DNA of 64,000 nucleotides from Mytilus californianus (lineage: Eukaryota), in the NCBI RefSeq assembly GCF_021869535.1, contig NW_026262701.1:28086001-28150000 (forward strand), given 5' to 3'. Of the stretch, positions 1 through 10,972 are shown one piece after another. The position numbers and the translations under genes were made by a program. Within the stretch, counting starts at the first letter, position 1, and each line of letters starts with the position of its first letter. A model generated the notes under the pieces. It ran no database searches, had not been told where the DNA came from, and saw only the letters and a list, made by a program, of their open reading frames with translations.

Positions 1-329
1 TATGGTATAATTGTCAATGATTGAGACAACTCACACACACGCACAGTCAGTGACACCCTTCCTAGCACCAAAAAAAATAAATAAAAAAATTGATTGTTGG
101 AATTTATGATATACAAGACAATTACATTTTTATTGTTATATCATGCATGTATACATGTAATACCACAGCGACACTGACAGTTTGGTCTATATGGTTGCAT
201 GGCAATATATTATTTGTAAACTTGTCAAATACAAATGTATGGTGAAACAAGCTAACCTAGCACCAAAAGCACCAAAAGCACATTAACTTTGTATCTTAAT
301 GAGAAATATTTCATGTAAAAGTAGGACCT

Positions 330-810
330 GGGATTTAGTTTGTGGACCTTTCAGTTTGGAGTGTCAAAGGTCCCGGACCTTCAAGTACCAAATGCTAATT
401 TGAACCCCTGAAAGTTTGGTTCAAGTTTGAAAAATAGTGTCAGAAAGATGACCATGAACATGTTTCCCATGTGATTTAATGTTAAACTATGTCCTACTCC
501 GGTCATCTTGGATAGAATAGGACATGTCAGACACATTTGATAAGGTGGACAAACCAAGGATTTTTTTAACCGAGTTTGGTTCAAGCTGTCTCAAAAGTTT
601 TACAAAAGATGACCATTAAAAGGTTTTTTCCCATAGGGTCCAATGTTGAACTATGTACTGAAATGGCGGCCATCTTGGGTGAAGGTCGGACATGTCAGAC
701 ACATTATATAAAGGGGACCACCAAAGGTCTATTTTAAATAAGTTTGGTTTCTGTTGGCGAAATAGTTTCAAAAAAGTGATTCAGTGAGTCAGGTGAGCGA
801 TAGAAATAGT
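330..810. repeat. Degenerate ~165-bp tandem core plus terminal motif of a HINE/Helentron-associated non-autonomous element
   Basis: Recurring blocks (AAGATGACCAT, GGCCATCTTGG, GGACATGTCAGACACATT, AGTTTGGTT) about 165 bp apart; ends in CAGGTGAGCGA, like bivalve HINE ends. Confidence 0.5.
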
Positions 811-844
811 GAAAATATGAATAGTCATTGAGTTCCTGATTTAG

Positions 845-2300
845 TATGGTACTCAAATGGGCAATCGTAATTAAGGACTTAATTCGACTCACAGACCAAA
901 TTTACACTAAGATTGCAATATTCCTGAAAAGTGGGTGTATCGAATTTATATTAAATCTCAAATTCTTTTTCCAAAATCAACTGATTGGAATACAAATGAT
1001 ACAGAGTACACAACTGATATACTGAAAAATGGAAAACTTTATTATGACAAACACTGTTTACGTGTCAAAAAAGTCACACACAGTAATTAAAACGCTAAAC
1101 AAGTCCAATGTTTTCCAAATAGTTTGTGGAACAGGGGTATAATCTGCCAGCCAAGAGGTTAACAACCTCAATGAAATTTACAGAACATCCCCTGAAAGGG
1201 AACCTTTCTGTGAACATATTTTCCAGTTCGCTTATTGCTTGATCTTAATATAACATGGCAATGGAAAAGACTGGTCGACTTTACCAAATAATTCAGGTTT
1301 GCATCTGGTTTGCTAGTAGGAGTTAATAATTGGTTTCGGCGTTGAGCACGAACAGTGTGTGAATTCCATGATGTCATAAAATCTTGTAGCTGAGACTGAA
1401 TAATTGGAAGAAAACAATATAGTATGCATTCAATACGGATATGATTGTAATTATTCAGGACTCCAGTGTCACGCATTTCTGCAAACACATTACTCCAAAA
1501 CTGTATAAATTGCATATTTAGCGTGCCCCAAATTCTTTCGATTCTTTGATTGGCAGTTGAAGGCCCAACTAAAAAGCTTTTTTCTCCCAGACATTCTATC
1601 ATCGTGGTCCAGTCGTAGACCAATATGTATATCTCGCATGATTACAGTTTCTATTCCTGCTTCTGATCTGATAATAGCCGGAATGCGAAGATTTTTCTTG
1701 ATTAAGTTGATGTAAAAGTTTGCAATGTATCAGGGGTCATTGTTTGATGGACAGCTATTAGCCACAGGACTTTTCAGGAAAATTCGTCGATCCCCCCATG
1801 AATTTCGATTCCATATGGTTTAGGTTTATTGTATCCGTCCACGTGTATTAAATAATTGGTCTAAAATACTGCCTTCTTATAAGTCTTTATTGCGACCTTA
1901 GGGCGACCTTCTCTCTATCTATTTCTCTCATGCATATTTGAGCGACTTCTTGGGACACGTGTATACCTCGAAAAATATTAAGCTGTCGACACATCGCTCG
2001 ATATCCCAGATTTACTAAACATTGACAGCGAATTTCCAAAATACAATTGATCACTGTTTGCAACGGTATTTGACTTCTTCTCAGGTTCAGGCGTCTTTTC
2101 ATCTGCTTAATTGTTGAAATACTAAAATACATATATTGAACTAACATCAAAAGTCCACAGATTTCTTTCGTAGTGTACCGAAGATCATGATAATAGCGAA
2201 CAAGATCTTGGGTGTTTGCAATGTCTCCGGGAATACCCAAAACAAGACAGAAATGCATCACAAGGAATGTTGCCTGTAAAAAAAAATACATAGTTAGTCA
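845..2300 (-). mobile_element. Degenerate DDE (integrase-core) transposase gene, IS3EU-like DNA transposon, copy 1
   Basis: ORF 1887-2291 gives an HTH-like N-terminus (GYRAMCRQL..HVSQE..MREID). The region between the ORFs reads KPYGIEIHGG/IDEFS. ORF 1168-1623 gives GPSTANQRIERIW..FW..F..M...WNSH. Frameshifted. Possible terminus TATGG at 845. Confidence 0.7.
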
Positions 2301-2380
2301 CATACATTATATTTAGACATCTGTAATCTGTCAACAGCACCTTGAATCCATATAATTTATGCTAATACAAACCTTGTAAT

Positions 2381-2850
2381 ATGTACGTATTACATTTAAT
2401 AAAAAAAATTAACAAAACTTACCGTTATCTTGATGATATTTTTTCGTTAAATAATCAAGAATTTTCTACATATACTGCCGAAATTTACCCAAAGGAGCTT
2501 ACTTTAAATAAATCTGATTTCAACAGTAGTAATTGTCCATTCCTAGATTTAAATATTTCTGTTTATCAGGGTAAACTTTACACTTAAATTTACGACAAAA
2601 GAGACGATTTTTCATTCCCTATTGTTAATTTTCCTTTTCTTGATGGCGGAGTTTGCTATGCCCGTGTCTGTAGTGAGGTAATATATTTTAACGAACGTAA
2701 TCAGTGTATCACTAGTAAATTATTGAGTCAAGGGTTTCGTTACCACAAATGTCATAAATCATTCACAAAATTCTTTAATAGATATAAAGATTTGGTTAGA
2801 AAATTTGGCTATACCTGTAGATTTCGCATTCTAAATTTTACGGTAATATG
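2381..2850 (+). mobile_element. Penelope-like element reverse-transcriptase fragment
   Basis: YRYLDD..IYPKEL..FLDLNI..KIYDKRDDFSFPIVNFPFLDG, followed by degenerate KLLSQGFRYHK. Confidence 0.75.
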
Positions 2851-2854
2851 TTTT

Positions 2855-3924
2855 ATACACGTGTCCCAAGAAGTCGTTTAAATATGCATGAGAGAAATAG
2901 ATAGAGGGAAGGTCGCCCTAAGGTCGCAATGAAGGCAGTATTTTAGACTGGGTACCAATTATTTAATACACGTGGACGGATACAATAAACCTAAACCATA
3001 TGGAATCGAAATTCATGGGGGATCGACGAATTTTCCTGAAAAGTCCTCTGGCTAATAGCTGGGCCATTAAACAATGACCCCTAATACATTGCAAACTTTT
3101 ACATTAACTTATTCAAGGAAAATCGACGCATTCCGGCTATTATCAGATCAGATGCAGGAACAGAAAATGTAATCATGCGAGATATACAAGTTGCTCTACG
3201 ACTGGACCACTGTGATTGGATGTCTGGGAGAAAAAGCTTTTTAGTTGGGCTTTCAACTGCCAATCAAAGAATTGAAAAAATTTGGGGCACGCTGAATATA
3301 CAATTTATACAGTTTTGGGGGAATGTGTTTGCTGAAATGCGTGACACTGGAGTCCTGAATAATTACAATCATATCCGTATTGAATGCATACTATATTGTT
3401 TTCTTCCAATTATTCAGTTTCAGTCTACAAGATATTTTGACATCATGGAATTCACACACTGTTCGTGCTCAACGCCGAAACCAATTATTAACTCCTACTA
3501 GCAAACCAACCTGAGTTATTTGGTAAAGTCGACCAGTCTTTCCCATTGCCATGTAAAGATCAAGCAATAAGTGAATTGGAAAATATGTTCACAGAAAGGT
3601 TCCCTTTCAGGGGATGTTCTGCAAGATTATACCCCTGTTACACACTCTATTCGGAATACATTGGACTTGTTTAGTGTTTTAATTACTGTGTGTGACTTTT
3701 TTGACACGTAAACAGTGTTTGTCATAATAAAGTTTTCCATTTTTCAGTATATCAGTTGTGTACTATGTATCATTTGTATTCCAATCAGTTGATTTTGGAA
3801 AAAGAATTTGAGATGTAATATAAAGTCCATACACCCACTTTTCAGGAATATTGCAATCTAAGTGTAAATTTTGTCTGTAGGTCGAATTAGGTCCTTAATT
3901 ACGATTGCCCATTTGAGTTCCATA
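2855..3924 (+). mobile_element. Degenerate DDE transposase, copy 2 (5'-truncated, inverted arm)
   Basis: ORF 3175-3501 STANQRIEKIWGTLN..FW; ends CCATA at 3920-3924, mirroring TATGG at 845. Confidence 0.7.
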
Positions 3925-4459
3925 CTAAATCAGGAACTCAATGACTATTTATTTTTTCACTATTTTCCTTCGCTCACCTGACTCACTGACTCGCTTTTTT
4001 AAAACTATTTCGCCAACTGAAACTAAACTTAGTTAAAATAGACCTTTGGTGGTCCCCTTTATTTAAAGTGTCTGACAACGCCCGACCTTCACCCAAAATG
4101 GCCGCCATTTCAGTACATAATTCAACATTGGACCCTATGGTCAGAAGAACATGATATGCATTTAAATTTTGGCAATTTGTTTTATCAAATAAAACTAAAC
4201 TTTACATGAATGATGTATGGAATTTCCTTTTCAAAGATTGCTCATTTTGTTCCAATCCGACAGAAAACATTGCCGCCAACGCAGAACATAAAGTAATATT
4301 GGACCCTAAAAACATGTAAATGACCATCTTTTCTGAACCAAACTTTGTTGAAATAGTCCTAAGCTGGTCCTCTTTTATAAAATATGACTGACATGTCCTA
4401 CCTGCAACCAATATGGCCACCAGCGAAGGACATATTCTATAAACATAGGACCCCTTTTG

Positions 4460-5165
4460 GCCATCAAACAATGACCCCAGATACATTGCAAACTTTTACA
4501 TCAACTTAATCAAGGAAAATCGTCGCATTCCGGCTATTATCAGATCAGATGCAGGAACAGAAAATGTAATCATGCGAGATATACATATTGCTCTACAACT
4601 GGACCACGATGATAGAATGTCTGGGAGAAACAAGCTTTTTAGTTGGGCCTTCAACTGCCAATCAAAGAATCGAAAGACTTTGGGGCACGCTAAATATGCA
4701 ATTTATACAGTTTTGGAGGAATATGTTTGCAGAAATGCGTGACACTGGAGCCCTGAATAATTACAATCATATCCCTATTGAATGCATAAAATATTGTTTT
4801 CTTCTAATTATTCAGTCTCAACTACAAGATTTTATGACATCAAGGAATTCACACACTGTTCGTGCTCAACGCCGAAACCAATTATTAACTCCTACTATCA
4901 AACCAGATGTTTTATATTACCAACCTGAATTATTTGGTAAAGTCGACCAGTCTTTCCCATTATATGTTCACAGAAATGTTTCCTTTCAGGGGATGTTCTG
5001 CAAATTTCATTGAAGTTGTTAACCTCTTGGCTGATTTGCTACCAGATTATACCCCTGTTCCACAAACTATTCGGAAAACATTGGACTTGTTTAACGTTTT
5101 AATTACTGTGTTGACTTTTGTGACACGTAAACAGTGTTTGTCATAATAAAGTTTTCCATTTTACA
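4460..5165 (+). mobile_element. Degenerate DDE transposase, copy 3 (C-terminal half)
   Basis: ORFs 4588-5013 and 4907-5146 are near-identical to copies 1 and 2; retains KPDVLYYQPELFG, which is partly deleted in the others. Confidence 0.7.
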
Positions 5166-5169
5166 TATA

Positions 5170-6372
5170 TCGTAAGCTATAATTATATTCAAGATAATAA
5201 CCAAAAACTGCAGAATTTCCTTAAAATTACCAATTTAGTGGCAGCAACCCAACAATGGGTTGTTAGATTGATCTGAAAATGTCAGGGCTGATAGGTGTCC
5301 TTTACGACACATTGCTACTCATAGTTAGCATTTAAAACTGCATTCTGTCAGTTGCCCTTTCCTTTAAAAAATTACTGAATCTTGTTTTTGGCAAACGTTT
5401 AAGTTTTTCATATTAAGGGCACTGCAGCCAATAGTCGAACATTTATTATAAATGCAAATGAAAAGAATAAAAAAAAAAATGAAACCAAATGTCATATAAA
5501 CTGCTATGCAAAGGGCATCATGTGATCAATTTTATTTTTGAAAAACCTTAAAAATAGTTATATCTTAAATACAAATATCATAAATTTTCAAGCTATAATG
5601 GGAAAACTGTTTTTTTTTAAAACAGAAGAACCATGTAACTAGTACTTTTTTTCAAACAGTAACCGTGGTTATCATAGTATGTTACATTTGCATATTTTTG
5701 TCAGAAAAAAACACTTATCATAATACATACATTCCATATAATAGCAGACATGTTCAACTACCTAAAAAAAAAAATTAATTCAGCAGTTTAAAAGGAGATT
5801 GAAGATTTTTTAAAGTAAGCAAACAAGATGAACAAATTGTAAAAAATTGTTCTTAAAGGGCAATAACTTCTTAAGGAGTCAATTGGCAATTTTGGTCATA
5901 TAAAACTTTTTATAGATGTTACTTTGCTGAACATGTTTGATGTTTACAGTATATCGTTATCTATAATAATATTCAAGATAATAACCAAAAACTGCAAAAT
6001 TTCCTTACAATTACCAATTTAGTGGCAGCAACCCAACAATGGGTTGTAATATTCATCTGAAAATTTCAGGGCTGATAGAACTTGACCTATTGAACATTTT
6101 TATCTCATGTCAGATTTACTCTGAATGCTTTTGTTTTTGAAATATAAGCCAAAAATTGCATTTTACCGCTATGTTCTATTTTTAGCCATGGTGGCCATGT
6201 TTTTTGACGAAACAGAAAATAAAACACAATCTTTAACACAGCTTAAGTTTGGTTGAAATTGGTTCAGTAGTTAAAGAGTCGAAGATCTATGGATTAGTTT
6301 ACGACGGACGACGACGGACGACAAGTGATGACTAAACTTCACAATGCCTTTCAGGAAAGGTGAGCTGAAAAG
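5170..6372 (+). mobile_element. HINE/Helentron-associated non-autonomous element
   Basis: Duplicated block ATAATATTCAAGATAATAACCAAAAACTGC..GGCAGCAACCCAACAATGGGTTG (5180 and 5965); (GACG)n microsatellite near 6300; 3' hairpin CCTTTC-AG-GAAAGG then TGAGCTGAAAA. Confidence 0.6.
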
Positions 6373-6713
6373 TGATATAGATATAAAAAAAAATGCACAA
6401 ACTAAAAGTTAATGGACCATGACTGCATGACATACACACAAAACAGTGTTGTTCTAGAAAATAACAAATAATGACAAATGATCATATAGCTTCAAAGGCT
6501 ATGTGAGCTAAAAAGTAAATGTAAACCATATTTAGTTGATAAATCAAAAGAATGACAAAACAGTAATAAAAAACCATATTTGGTTTGTATATAATATAAA
6601 AATATATTCAGCATTATAATTAAAAAAGAGACTTTCCTGAGCTTTAAACTTGGACAATTAAAATTAAAAGAAATATGGTCAACAGATGACACACAACTTG
6701 CAATATTTACTAA

Positions 6714-6824
6714 TTAATTATTAAACATTGATTTGACCGAGTCAATGTTTCCTCTGCATGTAGGGCAACGTCCATCCATTGTTTCGACTTGCAGCGCACA
6801 CACAAGAAAACATGTATGGCCGCA
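6714..6824 (-). pseudogene. C-terminal half of a RING-HC finger (IAP/neuralized/MGRN-type C-terminal RING), pseudogene fragment
   Basis: Manual translation: CGHTCFLVCALQVETMDGRCPTCRGNIDSVKSMFNN*. Upstream in-frame stops. Not in the ORF track. Confidence 0.55.
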
Positions 6825-7396
6825 TTATTGTAGAGTTGCAACTGAAGGTTAGGAAGACAAAGAAGGATCTTTGTCTTTGCGGGTTTCGGGTAGAAAAGTG
6901 GAAAAAGAAGTTCGGAACGGTCAACCGTTCCATCGACCGGTTCTTAACTTATCTTTCACTATTAACTCTCTGCCCGCGAACATCTCGGCCTGCTGAATGC
7001 ACATAATGAATTTTGTTAAATTATTAAAGGAGATTTCAGATCATATAGTTTTGTGTGAAAATGAAATTATTATTCTTCTTACATGACTCCACGTGTACTG
7101 AATAAACAAAGATATTCGAGATTTTGAATTTATTCTAAAATATGAATCATATAGTATATTGGTCTAATATCACCAACTTATTTCGATATATTAAGCAAAA
7201 CTATTCAGAACATATGTTTTGTCAAATTCTTAGTTCTATAACATAAAACCTCATATTTCTTATTCATTTCTATAATTTTCATGGATTTTTTTTTATATTT
7301 TTGTTATCATTAGCTAATATACGAGAAACAACGTGTGGTTTCCAACAATCCTTGAAGTTAGAGAAACTTAAAAGAAACGTTTCGCCGAAAAATCGA

Positions 7397-7441
7397 GCGG
7401 AAGTTGCACCAAGATAATGGCGTTCGCGGATAAAACCTGGT
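7397..7441 (+). promoter_or_regulatory. Candidate CpG-rich core promoter / orphan first coding exon
   Basis: ETS-like GCGGAAGT (7397), YY1/Kozak-like AATGGCG (ATG at 7417), MAFADKT then GT at 7440. No downstream exon found. Confidence 0.25.
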
Positions 7442-7596
7442 ATTTAATTTTAAGCTAACCACAAAAATTTATAAGATTCCGATGAAAATGATAGAAATGA
7501 ATAAGAATTACAAGGTTTCATGCTATAGAACTAGCCATGCATAGTCAGGACGAGAACAAGATTAACAATATCAATTTAAGAAGAAAACAATATCAA

Positions 7597-7870
7597 TTGA
7601 TTGTTTGCTTCACGTCCAAAAGCAAATATTTCACGTATATATAGGATGACAACGACTTTAAACAATGAATCAAATCAAGAAAAAAGATGGATGGGTAATA
7701 TAGTGGCAACGGATGATTGACATCCACCTGAAAAAGGAGAGCGCTGGGGAAGGTCGGAACGTTTTGCTATCTATGTCGGCTTCCAATTATAGAATACTTT
7801 TATAGAATACCACAGATGGGAACTTAAACGTGCCATGAGTTTGGCATTTTCTACACATATTGCCCAAATG
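7597..7870 (-). mobile_element. Old copy of the CAATCAAT-tailed SINE family
   Basis: Reverse-complement of the family tail (ATTGATTG..TTCACGTCC..AATATTTCA) and weak body similarity to 34255-34642. Confidence 0.4.
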
Positions 7871-8219
7871 GTCAACGGTCAGGTTTTCTGTTTTATTGTC
7901 TGACAATCGACAGGACAAGGGCTTCTTGGATTATATACGAATTTGGCTTGCTCGATCGGCTGAGAATTCGGGCGACCCCAGCCAGACTCAACATAACGGG
8001 AATTGCTGTCTAGTATCAATTACTACTCTAGAGAAAAGATCAAATCATCAATATTTTCTCAAACAAAAACGAAAAGCAACGACTCAACTTACATGTTAAA
8101 TTTATATACTCCATGAATATTGAGCCAATCATTCACATTTAAATGAAGTTGTTTGACTTACATGCCTTACAATTAATATTACCACAAGAAATCAGGATGT
8201 GATAAACCATTTTTAATTA

Positions 8220-8500
8220 GACACCCGCGTGCACAGCTGAACACCCAACCAGATGTCCACACCTATCAAAAAATTCAGGAAATGTTTTGATCAGTCTATG
8301 ATATCTGATACCCTGTTTATGTAATTTCTCTGCAATAAAACGATTAGTAATAAAACGATTTTTTTCATTGAAACCAGAAACACCACTGTAAACACGAGCA
8401 AATCGTACCAACCGTGAAATATATACTCTATAAGACAGACCAGAGGAACATCGCCTTCAAGAAATGGAAAATATACAATAGGAAAAGAAAAAAAAAATAA
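8220..8500 (-). mobile_element. PLE RT C-terminal fragment
   Basis: FPIVYFPFLEGDVP and VRFARV..FNEKN..EKLHKQGIRYHRLIKTF, homologous to the 27684 ORF. Confidence 0.7.
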
Positions 8501-8695
8501 CTTTACTGATATGAACTTTTTTTTGTTTGTATAATTGATTTTTACCATAAACATAAACATTTATATAAAAACGTATATACACCATAGAGCACCTTCTTGA
8601 ATACTTGGAATGTAAAAAAAAAATAACAAATGGATTTCTTGTTAATGTATTTCAACATAAACATTTATATAAAAAACATATATATATATACATAA

Positions 8696-9045
8696 AACGT
8701 GGCGAAAGATACCAAAGGGACGTTCAAACTCACAGATCAAAAACAAACGGACAACGCCATGGCTGAAAAAGAAAAAAAGTCAAACAAACAAATAATACTA
8801 TACAAGACACAACAAAAACAAAACTAAAGACTAAGCAACACGAACCCCACCAAAATCTGGGAGTGATCTCAGGTGCTCCGGAAAGGTAAGCAGATTTTGC
8901 TCCAAATGCGGCAACCGTCGTGTTGCTTATGTTATTACAAACCCGGTAAATAGTCGAATTAGGTAGGTCATATTCGTGAAAAGGGACCGGGATTGTTGTT
9001 ACCACATAAGGAACATATCCGATATCATCTGTGAAACGGATAAAG
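8696..9045 (-). mobile_element. PLE 3' end/tail (SVSQMT-type family)
   Basis: Reverse complement starts ATCCGTTTCACAGATGATATCGGATATGTTCC, like 62660ff; same T-rich tail as 62800-62990 and 63765-63975. Confidence 0.6.
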
Positions 9046-9359
9046 CATCTTCTTCAATACTTGGAATGTAAAAAAAAAATCATTCGGATTACTAGTCAAT
9101 GAGATCATGTTTGGTTTTGCATCAAAATTGAATATTTAACAGAAAGAAAGAAACATATTAAACTAAGAAAAACGTTTTACACACATTTAACATTCTATTG
9201 ATGTACAAAGTAAAGCAAGATCTTCAAAAACCATTAATTAAAATGGAGCTTTACATGAGGGTCAAGATGGGGTTCTATATTTTATATTTTGTTTGTCCTT
9301 TAATCAGCACTTTTAGATGTTTTTTGTATGAAATAATATTTCATTTGACATGCATGTTT

Positions 9360-10206
9360 TAATCAATTCAATTAAATTCAATATTTTATTTACATCTCAT
9401 CTTATGTATAAAATTACACAATACATTTATAAAAGATACATTGAGAATACATAAGTCAATCTGTACAGATTTATGAGAGACGATAACACCTAAAACAATA
9501 TGTTTGTACATTAATAGATTTTAAACAAGAGTGGTAAAATTATATATCATAATTATTCAATTATCATTTACAATATAAAACTTCTCGGCGTCTTTTCAGA
9601 ATAAAATTACAGGTTTTGGCACATAATCTTATAATATATTGATTCGAAAATAAAAATACCATTTTCGGATAATCTGCAAAACTATTAAAATGTTCATCAA
9701 TTTTAAGAGATTCAGTAAAAAGATCTTGTCTTAACTCATTATAAACAGGACAATGTAAAACAACATGATATTCATCTTCAACAGTATTAAAACAATTAAA
9801 ACAACATCTCTCTTCCAGCGGCAAGTTTTCATACATTCCAGTTTCCAGCCTAATAAGAGCCACCCCAAATCTAAATTTTGCAAAGGCACTTCTTTCACTA
9901 AAAGGCATCAACAGTTTGCAGTAGTTTTCAACGACATAATCCTGCTTAAAAAATAGTATATGTTCTCAATTTATTACGCCCATTTCCCCGTCTGGAAGAG
10001 GATGAATTAACAATGCTTTTCCATTCATCAATATATTTATCAAACATTCTTGACATGACTGTATCAACAAACATATTTTTATTAATATTAGTGTTGGTAT
10101 TGCAAAAGTCAACTAGTTCAAATTCAGTGAACTGTTTTTTAACCATGAAATACCAATTTTTTACAATTTTATGTTTCAGACTGACCTCATTTGCCCATAT
10201 AAATAT
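9360..10206 (-). mobile_element. 5'-truncated non-LTR retrotransposon (RTE-X/Proto2-like LINE 3' end) with 40-bp TSD
   Basis: ORF 9564-9911 RSAFAKFR..RLETG..EERCC.NC..VEDEYHVVLHCPVYNELR; AATAAA plus (TTGAA)n-like tail; identical 40-mers at 9320-9359 and 10207-10246. Confidence 0.85.
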
Positions 10207-10972
10207 TTTTTTGTATGAAATAATATTTCATTTGACATGCATGTTTGATCTAACAAAACATGTTTTTTCACGTTAACTTTTTGTTTTAATATCTTAATTC
10301 CGACAATTATATTGAACATATTTTGACTAAAATTTTTATATAAAACTACTTAAAAAACATTAGTGTATCTAATTTGCATTTCATTTTATCATTTATTATT
10401 TAATAGTGTACGGAGACATTCGGTTTATTATGTAATCATTACCGATAATGGGTATAAGATTTGTTTAATAAAACCTACATAAAATTCATGTACTTCGTGT
10501 ACCTATGACCATAAAACTAACTCCTCAAAACACTGTATTTCCATAGCTTGGTATGGATTATGATGCATGGGTTTTATATACTCTTTTCAACTCTATGTGG
10601 TAAGTTTGGTAGGATATATATATCTGAAGTAAATGTTCATAAAAATTCACCAATAAAAAAAATTATACACAAGCACTAAGAAATTCAGAAAGTAGGTATC
10701 ATATGTGTTAAACGGAATTGTTGACATGTGATGATAAATACATTTAGCAAAAAAAAAAAGAAATAATATTAATAAAAAAACAAATACAATTTAAACAAAA
10801 TAAAATACAATGAAGTAAAAAAAAACACAGAAAAGGAAAATATAATTACAAAATAAAAACACTGAGAAGAAAAGTAAGTTCAAAATAACTATCTTTATTT
10901 TTTCCCTTTTCAGTGGCTCTTTAGATCTATGTTATACTGTGCCTCTAAAAAAACTTGTATTCATATTATTTC

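Larger units (their letters stand above)
631..4140. repeat. Large inverted duplication: arms ~631-1975 and ~2855-4140, spacer ~880 bp
   Basis: 2857 TACACGTGTCCCAAGAAGTCG is the reverse complement of ~1945-1965. 4121-4140 TTCAACATTGGACCCTATGG is the reverse complement of 631-650. Colinear in between. Confidence 0.9.

Noticed and set aside
6830-7000. Neuralized NHR domain upstream of the RING remnant (..GRWNG*PFRTSF..KDP)
   Set aside because: Only a loose resemblance to WSG.LR.GFT..DP, and the spacing to the RING is far too short for an NHR domain.
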